Below, piece after piece: positions 22,009 to 32,889 of a stretch of 64,000 bases of DNA; positions within the stretch are counted from its first letter, which is position 1, and each line of letters opens with the position of its first letter. A program made the position numbers and the translations under genes. The notes beneath the pieces were generated by a model. That model was not told where the DNA came from, ran no database searches, and worked only from the letters and a program-made list of their open reading frames with translations. Location of the stretch: positions 1 through 64,000 of the forward strand of contig LSRY02000024.1 in the NCBI GenBank assembly GCA_001643675.2, read 5' to 3'. This stretch comes from Monocercomonoides exilis PA203. Lineage: Eukaryota; Protista; Preaxostyla.

Positions 22009-23402
22009 GAAAGCTTTTTGCTCCATAGCGCGTTTCCACCGTTCTTCTCAGTCATGCCGCCTCCGATGCATCTGTTGTCATCACTGCCTGTGGGACAAAC
22101 ACTGGAATTAGCTTGCGTTGAGGGCGTGATTTCAATATCTTCCTCCATTGCAAAATCTGTTGGATAATGGATGCGTTGATTCTCATCTGTCCGCTCCATC
22201 CTTGCAACTCCAATCCTTTTTGTAAGAGACGATACATGGAATGCAGCCGTAGGGAAGTGTCTTGCTGAACGAAACGGATTGCGCTGAGTTTTCCAATGAA
22301 CGAGGCGAAATCTCTTGTTCTCACCTTCTTGGCTTTCACTGCTTTCACTTTCCATTTGTCCACTTCCTTCATCAATGAAAGTCTTCTGTCTTCCTTCAAC
22401 TGAACCTCCATTATTTCCGAGTTCCATCTGTATCCGAGGTAAACAAACTCTCTGCTGGCAGATAGGTGGCTTTTTTCCTTGTTTACTAGCAGCCCAAGCG
22501 ACTCCAAAAACTGCACAATCTCTTCCGTTATTCTTCTTAAATGCATTTGATCTTGATGTAATATTAGCAGGTCGTCCAAATACGCAACAACCCGCACCTG
22601 CCATCTTCTTCTTATTTCCTTCGTCACTTTCCTCATCACATGTGTGAATATTCTGGGTGCATCTACGAATCCGAAAGGCATTCCTTTGAATACGTAATCT
22701 TTTCCGAGAAGTCTGAAAGCGAGATATGGTTTGAGATTCTCTGAAACTGGGAGAAGATAATATGCCTGATGAAGGTCTATCGTCACTGCCCAATCTTCTT
22801 TCAGCAATATTCTCTCCACTGTTCTCTCGTTGTCGCATTTGAAATGCGTTCTGAGGACCGCTGCATTCAAACGACGACAGACTAAGATCTGCCTCCATGT
22901 TCCGTTCTTTTTCTTGATCAGGAATTCGTTGTTCCTGTGTTTGACATCTTCCTGATTTATCTCCTCCACTATTCCGGTCCTCGTCTGTTCCTCTAACAAA
23001 TCCTTGAAGGCTCTTCTGTGCTCCCCGCTTGTTCGCTCGGCTCCATCTCTGTACGACATCTTTGAAAGTTTCTCTCTTTCTCTTCTGCTCTTCCACATCG
23101 CTTGGATCCCATTTCGGATCAAATCTCCTCCTCCAATCTCTTCCCATGCCCTTAAGAACAGCACCGTCCTTCCTCCAATGTTCTGATCTGGCTGCGACTC
23201 TTTCACTGTTTCTTTCGTTAATTCCTTTGAAGACCCCGACTCCGACTGGACCATCCTGCTGCTCTCGTTCGGCTTCCATAGCTTCTCCTTCCTGAGAAAG
23301 AGCGGGGTCTGTGAAGAAAAAACTTCTGACCTGCTCCTCCTTTTGACTGCGCCTGAACTGGGCTGGCTGAACGGAAATCCATTTTTTCCCTCGTTGCCTC
23401 AA
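21972..23402 (-). CDS. 476-aa alternative-frame ORF overlapping the whole RT; probable N-terminal extension of the YR ORF
   Basis: Stop-free across the RT in a second frame and runs into the YR N-terminal region. Overlapping ORF2/ORF3 is an established DIRS feature. Confidence 0.6.
   Translation of the reverse strand: MRQRGKKWISVQPAQFRRSQKEEQVRSFFFTDPALSQEGEAMEAEREQQDGPVGVGVFKGINERNSERVAARSEHWRKDGAVLKGMGRDWRRRFDPKWDPSDVEEQKRKRETFKDVVQRWSRANKRGAQKSLQGFVRGTDEDRNSGGDKSGRCQTQEQRIPDQEKERNMEADLSLSSFECSGPQNAFQMRQRENSGENIAERRLGSDDRPSSGILSSPSFRESQTISRFQTSRKRLRIQRNAFRIRRCTQNIHTCDEESDEGNKKKMAGAGCCVFGRPANITSRSNAFKKNNGRDCAVFGVAWAASKQGKKPPICQQRVCLPRIQMELGNNGGSVEGRQKTFIDEGSGQMESESSESQEGENKRFRLVHWKTQRNPFRSARHFPTAAFHVSSLTKRIGVARMERTDENQRIHYPTDFAMEEDIEITPSTQANSSVCPTGSDDNRCIGGGMTEKNGGNALWSKKLSQLILQKSTAGE
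22052..23254 (-). CDS. DIRS reverse transcriptase, truncated at the start of RNase H
   Basis: Motifs KKKNGTWRQIL, TIDLHQAYY, MPFG..DAPRIF, YLDDLLI, FVYLG, FIGKL. Ends at TTDASEAA, the first RNase H motif. Confidence 0.93.
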   Translation of the reverse strand: MVQSESGSSKELTKETVKESQPDQNIGGRTVLFLRAWEEIGGGDLIRNGIQAMWKSRREREKLSKMSYRDGAERTSGEHRRAFKDLLEEQTRTGIVEEINQEDVKHRNNEFLIKKKNGTWRQILVCRRLNAAVLRTHFKCDNERTVERILLKEDWAVTIDLHQAYYLLPVSENLKPYLAFRLLGKDYVFKGMPFGFVDAPRIFTHVMRKVTKEIRRRWQVRVVAYLDDLLILHQDQMHLRRITEEIVQFLESLGLLVNKEKSHLSASREFVYLGYRWNSEIMEVQLKEDRRLSLMKEVDKWKVKAVKAKKVRTRDFASFIGKLSAIRFVQQDTSLRLHSMYRLLQKGLELQGWSGQMRINASIIQQILQWRKILKSRPQRKLIPVFVPQAVMTTDASEAA

Positions 23403-24117
23403 TCATTGTTTCAAAACCTCTGTATTTCCTTCGCGCACTAGCCATATCCGTTTCTAGCTCCGATTCTTTCAGGATCTGTTCCTGTCTCGATGTCAACAGC
23501 CCAGCCGCCGCTTCCGCTCTCATTTTTTCCGCAGCTTTAAACACGAACCGCCCTTGAATTCTGGTATTTCTGGCCTCCTGGAACGCTTTTGCCGTGAGGA
23601 CAAGCGCATCTGAAGCTCTCTGTCGTGCGCTCTCCTTGTTGGAATCCATTTCGGCTAAGCAAAACAAAACGGATTTGAAAGTTTGACATAGGCACATCTC
23701 CTGTTTATATCCTGCGTTGTCTAGATCATCGTTGAACCAGTTCTTGGATTTTGCAGCTGGCGGAGGCATTGGAGGCAATAAGGGGCTTAAATCGTGTAAT
23801 GAATATTCCTGTTGAATTCTTTCCACTGAAAAAGTATGAATCTGAATGTCGAGCAAAGATTTAACGGGATCCTGTGCAAATACTTCTTCAAAAACAGATG
23901 CTGCAGCTTCGTACATGCCTTCTTCTTCTTCTCGTTTGCTCTTTTCTCTATCTGACGGCTGTGTTGAAGATCCTGTTGGCTGGTTGATAAAAGGCGGAGA
24001 AAGGAGCTGCGGCTGCGATTGGATGTTCATCTGGCTTTGCGCCCCACCTGGCAGTCCGGCTGCTTCGGTCGAAGGCGTAAGTCCAGGAAATGTCGCGAAC
24101 TGCGAAGATTGCAACAT
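23218..24117 (-). CDS. DIRS ORF1 (gag-like)
   Basis: 299-aa ATG-initiated ORF just inside the 5' ITR, overlapping the RT start. Assigned by position only. Confidence 0.75.
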   Translation of the reverse strand: MLQSSQFATFPGLTPSTEAAGLPGGAQSQMNIQSQPQLLSPPFINQPTGSSTQPSDREKSKREEEEGMYEAAASVFEEVFAQDPVKSLLDIQIHTFSVERIQQEYSLHDLSPLLPPMPPPAAKSKNWFNDDLDNAGYKQEMCLCQTFKSVLFCLAEMDSNKESARQRASDALVLTAKAFQEARNTRIQGRFVFKAAEKMRAEAAAGLLTSRQEQILKESELETDMASARRKYRGFETMIEATREKMDFRSASPVQAQSKGGAGQKFFLHRPRSFSGRRSYGSRTRAAGWSSRSRGLQRN

Positions 24118-24678
24118 TGATCCGATCGTAGCGATGACCCATTGATCGTGAACTCAAATAAAAGAGAAGGAATTGAATGGATATTTTTCTTGAAAATAAA
24201 GGTGCTTATGCACTTTTATTTGAAAGATTTTCACGGAGGATGTTCAATTCTTCATTTTGTTCAATTTCAATTAAAATTTTCGATTTCAAATGATTTGAAA
24301 ACGCAATGTGTTCCAATTTCCATGAAAGACTTTTTATGAATTCAGGAAACGCAGTTTCTAACTTTTTTTCGTCGGAAAGTATTGTTAATAACTGTTCACA
24401 AGTTCGCATTCTTTAAAGAATTACCTTTATGTGGTTTGTTCTTTGTGTTTTATTTTTATTTTGATATCAATAAACCAATATTTTGTTCTTTTCATAGACA
24501 ATAGCACAACCATTGATAGTATATTTATTCCCACAAGTTTTAAAATGAGAAAAGTTTATTTTTATTTTCGCAGGTTTGTTGATCACTTAATTTCTTTGTC
24601 TGGAACTTTGGTGCCTTTTCTATTATGCGATTCATTTTTAAATTTGAAAATGAAATAAATTGTTTTTTTCTTTTGTTT

Positions 24679-24954
24679 ATCTGGGGGAAAATATGGACTT
24701 TCAAGCTTTTTATGCACAGAGTTTGAAATAACTGTTTCCCTTATAACATTTTTAAACTTTATCAGATTTTGAAATTAATTTCATTTTCATATCCTGTGTC
24801 ATGTTTCATTGATGAAATAACAAAATGTTTTGTAACCTTACATGTTTTTCAAAAAATAAACCCATCTGTTTCAAATTTTTTGATCACAAAATGTTCAACT
24901 GAGATGCAAAAATTTTCAATGAAAATGCCTGAAGAAAAATATTTTGTCCCATCT
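24679..24954. mobile_element. MITE, ~275 bp, TGGGGGAAAATAT-end family
   Basis: Ends ctgggggaaaatat...atattttgtcccat. Subterminal sequence is shared with 42382-42660 and 43616-43880. Confidence 0.6.
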
Positions 24955-25222
24955 TTTTTCAAAAATGTTTTTTTTTTTCTTTTTTCTGAAAATTATTGTT
25001 TCTTTTCATTAAAAATGCTTATGCTTGTTTTTTAATAAAAATAGAGTCATCCCGATTCTTTATCAAGAATTGTGAAAAATTGTTGTTGGAAAAAACGCCA
25101 TTAACAAAATGCTTGACAATCAAATTGAATAGTAATTTCTTGAATAATTAATATTTGATATGAATAGATTAAAAAGGTTTGATATGTTTTTCAACTTTTT
25201 TCGATTGTTTATTTCTCACAAA

Positions 25223-27754
25223 TCATTTCTTTGGATTGTTCTCACTTTCATCAGAATCCGTGAAAAGAACATAATGCTCAGATAATCTTTTGGGCAAACA
25301 TTTTTCCGATCTCATGGAATATTTTTTGGACAATTTTTTTTCATCCGAATCTTCTTCTTCGTTGCTTGATGAAAGATCATCTTCTATGTATTCACTGCTG
25401 TCAAGATCTCTTTTTCTCTTTTCTTTCGATTTATTTAATCTGTCGGAATGATAATCAGTCTCTGAAGATTCATCTTCAGAATAATTAGAAGAACTCGATA
25501 AATCAGTCACTTGTTTTCGACCATCAGGTTCATCCAAATGATCTGACGGGCACAGAATCAGTCTTTTCTGTTTGTTTTTTCTTCCGAAAACACGAACGAC
25601 CAAAATATTTTCTTCCCCTTCTTGTGAATCAGTTGGATCTGATTCGAAATCTGTTGAACATGAGATATCGTAAGTGTCAGTATTGTCACCAGTATTCTCA
25701 TTAGTAGTAAGGTTTGAAAGCTTGGAATCAGAAAAAGTTATTTTTGAAGATGAAGGTCTTTCCTTTTTATTTTTTATCGTTTTTTGCTTCATATTTGTAT
25801 TATGAATATTCTCAACTCTTTCATCATAATAAATAGACTTTTTCTCTTCAAATGCTTGCCATTCCTTTGGAACTGCGTTTGATGTGATTAGTTTACCAGA
25901 GATGGACCATCGGTATGTCTGTCCCGCAGGTTTTACACCGAAAGGCAAGGAATCCAAAGTGCTCCTCAGAACGTGAGATATTCGAGAAGACGTTATTCCA
26001 GCTTCGTAAAACCCATGCCATATTACTCTTGGTGCCATTGCATAATAAGAGCAATTTGCGATAGCTTTGACAAAAGGAAAAAATTCTGGTTTCATTTTGC
26101 TCGCATTTTGTTCGTTTCGAGCATTTTTCAATTGTTTTTAAAGTGCTTAATTAGGTCCGAGATCAATTGGCTGAAGGATATGGGATGTGTGTGCTGGTTG
26201 CACAACGACATCCACGTTTTCTTCAGAAAACTTTTGCCACAGCTGGATATTTTGTCTTTAAGAATGGCTGTCAAGAATAATTAAAGCAGAAGGAAATGAA
26301 TGGCTTGTTTTTTCTTCAGATGTTTTTTCTTATTGAGTTGTTTCTTTTTTCGTAAAGTTTGCTTTTTGCATCTGAGTGTCATTCTTTATCCACCAATCTC
26401 TATTATCATCTTCTTCAATTAGAAACATTCTTTCATCAGAAGAACTTAAATTAGTTTCATCACGAAAGTTAGTAATTTCATCAACGTCAACTTTAGGAAA
26501 TCCATTTGATTGTATTTGAAAACTCTTTTTGTTTCGAAAAGAATTTTCACACTCTGAAGATTCTTTTGAACGTACAGATGCGGATTGGTGCAGTTGCTGC
26601 AACGCTTGAATTCGATCTCCTTCTGAAGACATTGTATCTGAAAGTTCAAGTTTGTCAATACAAATGGATTCCTTGTGACTATTTTCATTATCGCACTGAT
26701 CTTTGGATCGCTGGGATTTTGTCGGTGAATCTGAGTTATCCATTGGAAATTCTTCTGATCCAGCTGATGAATGCAAAACTATTGATTCATGATCGTCCTC
26801 ATCTTGAAAAATTTGTTGAGTTGTTTTTTCACTTGTTTCATTCTTTTTCATTTTCTGATCGCATTTTTCTAACCTTCTTTCTTTCGTTTTCAATTCACAA
26901 GATTTTTTTGGAATATTTCATATTGATATTGTTGAATTCTTTCAACAACTGTTCTTCGCTTTTGAATGAAAGGAAGAACATGTTCTAACATTATTTTTTC
27001 AAATAGCTCTTTTGTCGTCCATCCTTTTTGAGTTGAATGCAATACGAACGATTCGTCATTCCATTGTTCGTTTTTTTCTTTTTCATATTTAAAACTTAAA
27101 AGAAGATGAGTGGGGAGATGATATCCATCAGCTCTCACAATAAATAAAAGAGTTAAATGACGAAGAGGAGGAGTTTCCAAACATGGCAAGTATTTGCATT
27201 TCTCTTGTGCAATTCTTTTATTATGATGACGACCGTTGGACTGACAACTTGTTTCGTCCAATTGTAATATTAACGAAGGATGATATTTTTTCTTCAGTAT
27301 CAAAGTTCGCAAATGAGAAAGAAAAGACTGTATATATGCTTTTAACGATGCTCTCAAGCGTGCATGATCAAGTCGAACTGGATTAATCATGCGCAATTGT
27401 TTTTACCTTGATAAAAAATCGTAGACCCATCTCAGACTTAGTGTTTCGATATATTCAGTCGAGGCCGGAGATCTTTCGATTCGAATTTGTCTTGCCTTGA
27501 TTGGAAAATAAGTTTCAAATTTCAAAAAAAAAAAATCATACTTAAAAAGGAATGTCATTAATTGATGGCTGCTTCAAAATGTTGTGCCAATTTAAAATAA
27601 TTTGAACAAGCTTCTCTTCTTCTTCCTTCGTTAAATATCGTGGCCTTTCATTAAAACCAGATATCTCACCGCGAGATTCCATTCGATTTGCTCTGTTTCT
27701 TCGAAAATATTCTTTTCTGGAATTATTAATATTTTCTGTCTTCACTTTTTGCAT
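25223..27754 (-). pseudogene. pogo-like DDE_1 transposase pseudogene (HTH + DDE), intron-containing
   Basis: YLTKEEEEKLV (HTH-like), ILQLDETS, IVRADG, KGWTTKELF, LIILDSHS*, QPAHTSHILQPIDLGPN*. Several stops and a frameshift. Confidence 0.85.
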
Positions 27755-28400
27755 TTGAATAATTTGAATATCAACAATTGACTGATTTCTGCAATATTTT
27801 TGGCTTTTTGAAAATTTAATATGGAATAACTCCCATCATAATAAATGTATTTTTATTCAAATTAAAAATTCATTTATGTTTTGAAGTGTTTATTTAAAAA
27901 AACTTTTTCTTAACACCAAAATTATATTATGTTTCCAAAAATCCTAAGAGTGCGGGTTTTTGCAAATGTTCGGGTTTTTGCACACATCATTAAAACAGCT
28001 AGTAATGATGTCAATAATCCAAGTTCAGCTTTTGCTCAGTCTCCGTTTATTTTTGTTCTTTCAAAATTAAGCCAGTTTCTTCTTTAATCCGAAGGCAATA
28101 TTAATCGCAACTTTTTCAAAGCAAGTGAAAATAATAAAACAGTTCAATATTATTTTATTTGTATATCAGATAACGAAATTTGTTAACGTCATCTTTGATT
28201 CAAAATAACAACAAAAGAAATTTTGATATGCTTGATCACACCCAATAAAGATGACTGAAAAACTTGAATTATCATCAACTCAGTTGCACAGAGTTCTTGC
28301 AACTTAGGAATATCGCTAATTCAAATCCCCCTCGAAAAAGCTTTTCGAGATTCGAAAAAGTTTTAAAGTTAAATATTCAACTGCCATAAAAGCAAAAGTT

Positions 28401-29647
28401 GTGTCAAAAGATGCATGGAAAAGAGGGATAAGAGCGGAAAGAGCTGGCAGAGAGGCTGGAAGGAATGAGCACCCTCAGGCAATAACGAACGATCAATTGG
28501 AAGAAATAGAGAACCTAGTGCTAGTCCTTTTATCAAATCAAACAATTATTCGAATTCGTGATGTACAAAACATAGTTTTTAATTTTTGTTATCACAGTTT
28601 TTTAACTTTTTTGAATGTTTTAGTGTGTCGATCTGATTGAAAATGATCCAAAATCAAAGAATGAATTGAAAACGATCAACAAAAAAATGTATCCAAATTA
28701 ATTCAACGAAGCGAAATATTAAAAGCCGCTATTGCAATGCCAATAGAAGTTGCAAAAATCAAAGCACAGTCACCAGAAAGTATTAGCAGATGGTTTTCAG
28801 AACTGTCAGCTTTTATTACAGACTATAACATCACATCATCCGACATATTCAATTTTGATGAATCGTCAATCTCATGTGGGGAATCATTGAACAAACTGGT
28901 TGTTTGCCTTAAATGTCAAACTCCTCCACAAGTTCCCGTCGCTCCGAAAGTCCCAAATGCAACTATATGCCTCTGTGTCTGCGCTGACGGATCATCGTTG
29001 CCTCGTTTTCTTCTTTTCCCAAAGAAAACTCTCCCGAAAGAGTTTCGTTCTCTTTCATCATTTGATATCAGATATATCAACTCTTCTTCGGGGTGGATTT
29101 CGAAGGAAATCTTCAGACACATCATGATTAATTACTGGATTCCATTAATCGTAGAGAAAGTGAAACCTTCAAGTTCTCATCGTGCGCTTTTATTAATGGA
29201 TAATCAATCAACTCACAATGACGAAACTGTAATTGAAGCTGCTAAAAAAAATTACATCATTCTGAAAAAAAATTTCCACCAAATATGACACATTTGCTTC
29301 AGCCGTGTGATTCATGTGTTTTTTATCGACTTTAATCCACTTTGAGTCACAAATTTGTTGTTCCTTCTTCATTCTCCCTCTCTTCTTTTAGAGCCCAACT
29401 TGCAGATATTCTCCCCGAAGCCTTGGCCGCAGTTTGTATTCCATCAACAGTAAAGGCAGCGTTCATTAAGACAGGAGTCTGGCCTGTTGCTGCAGCTTCC
29501 GTTCTCCCTCGTGCATCTGGAGCACCTGTTGAAGCCTCTCCATTGAAAGAACATCTTCCTTCTTCTTCTCAAAATTGGCGTGAAGAACTTTTTGGAAGCT
29601 ATTCTCCAATAAAAAAGAAAAGAATCCCAGTTTTATTGAATACATAA
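28401..29647 (+). pseudogene. Second pogo-like DDE_1 transposase pseudogene
   Basis: IFNFDESS, CVCADG, SSGWISKEIF, LLLMDNQSTH, then after a frameshift PPNMTHLLQPCD, then AFIKTGVWP. Confidence 0.85.
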
Positions 29648-29698
29648 GTTTATAATTCTGCAGAAAAAACAAACACAGAAAAATCAACTTTATCAAAC

Positions 29699-29946
29699 AT
29701 ATGGGTGATTCTTTTTGAAAAGTCACAAATGCTTAATTTTCAAATAAATCAAAAATTTCATATCTTGATCAAATTTTGGTTCACGCTCATGTTACTTCAC
29801 CAAAGTGGAGGATATAATTTGACAATGCTATTTAACACATTTCTGTGAAGTAACATGAGCAGGAACCGAAATTTGATCAAGATATGAAATTTTTGATTTA
29901 TTTGAAAATTAAGCATTTGCGACTTTTCAAAAATAATTACCCATAT
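29699..29946. repeat. Foldback/MITE-like inverted repeat, ~102-bp arms with a 44-bp spacer
   Basis: 29699-29800 is nearly the reverse complement of 29845-29946. The terminus atgggtgatt also occurs at about 30538 and 63982. Confidence 0.85.
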
Positions 29947-31224
29947 AATTAAATATGAACTTTAAACTTAATTTGTGGGTACGAGTAAAGCACCAATGTG
30001 AAATGAGAATTGGAAAAATAATATCGCATACAGTGAATTTTGTATCAGCCGTGCTGAAGGTGAGTGTCTTTGTTGGAGTGAAAATGGAGAGGAGAAAAGA
30101 GAGGGATGAATTACTGAATGGAGCAATTCATCCAAAATAATACTCCACAGTGGCACATGGGCTTTGCTGTGTTTTGCCACAGGCATAAACATCAGTTCGA
30201 TATCTGAAATCTATTTTATTCAAAGCGATGAGAAGGAGTCTTCTGTTGTTATCGGATTTATCCAATGTTCCACGATTTTGTTTTTCGTTTGATGAAGCTG
30301 TTGAAAGGATGAAAGGAATGGAGATTTGTTGGATGTGCTGAGGTGAAGAAAAAAGGAAAAAAAAACTGTTATTACTCGATAGAATACAACAATTTTAATT
30401 TCTTTTCATCTTTACTGTTCTTCTTTATAAATTTTTTTTCAAAAATAAGTTCAGCTTTTCATGTTACGTCACTTTTTTTTCATGCTTTTGCTAAGTTTAT
30501 TTTTTATTCTTTATTTATTTTGGTGGGTTGGGGCAATATGGGTGATTATTTTTGAGATCATATCTTTTTTCGGGGTGTTGACTTTTCAATGATTGTTGGT
30601 TTTTTGAAAGAAAGTTTATTTTCAAAAGAGAAAAAGCATGATAATTGTATTTTGAAACAAATGTTTTTTCCGAATTGAAGATAAAAATGTGTTCAATAAG
30701 CCTTTTCACTTTTCAAATTATTTTTCATTGATATTCAAGAAATAAATTTGCACCGAATTTTTTGAATGAAGAAATATGATTTCAAAAATAGTCACACATA
30801 TTTAAGCAATTATGAAAAAAATAACGATTTGTTCCAAACTTTTTCCACTTTCACATCAAAACAAGTCAAACATTCTCATGCAAAAATGTGTAGAAAAATT
30901 AAAAAAAGAGAGAAATTTGTTTGGAAACTCTGAATGGAACAAAATTCATAACAAAAAATATTTCGTCCCATATCGATTTCAATGAAATAAACTATTATTG
31001 GCTCGATCAGAAAGAAATAAAACTCTTTTCTATTTAGCTTTATACGACCAATATCTTCGATTTATAAGTGATTTCTCTTTTTTAACAAAGATTATTACAA
31101 GTCAAAGGAATTGAGTTTGAAAGTTATATTATTATTTCACAATTATCAACAATGTTTGTTGTTTTTGTTATTTTATTTTAAATATGATGTTTCGCGAAAA
31201 TTGATCATTCATACAACAAACAGA

Positions 31225-32682
31225 ATGGAAATGTATGATGAAGACAAATCCAATGATGATATCCAGGAGCCGTCTCTTGAAGATAAGTTTTCAAGTTTGT
31301 TCATTTTCCTATTTTTTAGGTGTTCAGCGCTTTCCATCATAAATAAATTTCTTGAAGAATTGTTTTATGAACTGGAGCATTGCAATGAAGATGTGCAGAG
31401 AAAGATAATTGAAGAAACGAACGGAATTGTGGAGGAAATGAATGAAGAAGAATTCGAATTAGTTTTCACAAAAGATTTGTACGACAAAATGAACAAAATG
31501 ATTGAAGAAAAGAAAGTGTCAATGGAAAATACAATTTTGCTGCTGAAACATGTAGGATATTGCGATGTGCTGAAAAATGTTTGGAATCCATTCGTTGAAG
31601 AATCTTCGCTGAGCAAAAGATTCGAACAGATGATTATTGATAAAAATGAGAAGAAAAAAGAAGGGAAAAACAAAAAGCTTCTTGCTAATCTTAGCGAATG
31701 CTATCTTTTGTTGAACAGGTGGGCTTCTTCAGAGGTGATTTTGATATGTATGCATTGCGTTCTTAAAGTTGCGATGAACAAGGAGGAAAGCGAAGAAGCA
31801 CAAAAAGAAGTGGAAATGGCATTGCTGGCGTTGAGCAATATTGCGATGTGGAAGGTCAGATTTATTTTTTGATATGTTTTTGAATTTTTATTTATTTATT
31901 TTTTTTTTAACAAGATAATTGAAGAAAAACTGTTTTTGAAGGAAATCAAAGAAATCATCCAATATCATCAGAAATGTGGCAATCTGACGCGACTTGCGTA
32001 TCAGTCTGCTTGGAGGTTTTTAGTCTCCAGACTTTGGGATGACAATAGCTTGGAAAAAGTGATTGTGGTTGAGCAACATTTTGCAAGAGAGGCAGCAAGA
32101 GAATTGGAAGAGCTGTCAAAAAGTGTGGATTGGAAGAAAAATAAAAAGAGGGGAGAGAGAAAAGAAAAGGAAGAAATGATTACCATATTAAGATGGATGC
32201 AAACACTCTCTTTTTTCATTGGGAACTGTTATTTGTGGAATGGAGAATTTGTTGAGCTTTTCAGCAGCATTGTTGGGGTGCTTCGTGCATCAAGAGATAA
32301 TTCCAAAGAAATTCACTATCAATGCATTTTTTCACTTTATGCAGCCACAGGTAACAAAGCTGTCAAAGTTGAAGACTTGTTGAAAGGAAAGGCAATTGAT
32401 GTTGCTTTGGAAGAGATTCATAAATCAGCAAAGGATGACGAAATTACAGCCAAAATCTTGAAGTTTTTTTTGAATGTTTCAAGAAGATTAGAAAAAACTG
32501 ATGATGAAGCTGATGAAGTGGAAAGAAAGGAAACAAAAAGGAAGATATCTGAAAAGATGGAAGAAGAAGGATACGAAGATGCCATCATAAGCTTTTGTGA
32601 AATTTTTGATTTTCTGAATGATTTATATTTTTTTTCTGGTAAATTATCGTTGAATGCTTCTGATTATTTTGTGAATGTTTAA
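31225..32682 (+). CDS. Member of an expanded family of helical hypothetical proteins; intron 31855-31914
   Basis: ORFs 31111-31872 and 31936-32682 join in frame after removing a 60-nt GT-AG intron. Paralogous to 35957-37404 and 44986-46456 (shared EVEMALLALSNI, IIQYHQ..NLTRLAYQSAW, HFAREAARELEEL, EEEGYED). Confidence 0.85.
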
Positions 32683-32750
32683 GGAAATGAAATGTTTGGA
32701 TTTTTTTGTTTAGGACTCAAAAGTTGTTCTTCTTTCTTTTTCATCATTTT

Positions 32751-32790
<40 letters not shown>

Positions 32791-32889
32791 TTGAAGAATT
32801 TTTATTAATGTTTTTATCGCTATTTTCAAATTACAAATATTCAAAAAATCCATTATTTTTTTCCCTATCAATAATTGTTATTGAATGAA

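Larger units (their letters stand above)
20411..24220 (-). mobile_element. DIRS-1-type tyrosine-recombinase retrotransposon (3.8 kb, internally deleted, non-autonomous)
   Basis: ITR core of 48 bp (20432-20479 vs 24131-24178, 1 mismatch). Internal complementary region 20644-20750 matches both termini. ORF order gag, RT, YR. TTATT at both ends. Confidence 0.95.
19691..27992 (-). mobile_element. pogo/Tc1-mariner-superfamily DNA transposon (degenerate) with imperfect ~40-bp TIRs; hosts nested insertions
   Basis: Left TIR tatagtatggtggaaaacccgaacagttgcaaaaaccctcac (19691-19732). Reverse complement of 27950-27992 is taatgatgtgtgcaaaaacccgaacatttgcaaaaacccgcac. The TIRs enclose a DDE_1-type transposase and have TA at the outer ends. 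Confidence 0.75.
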
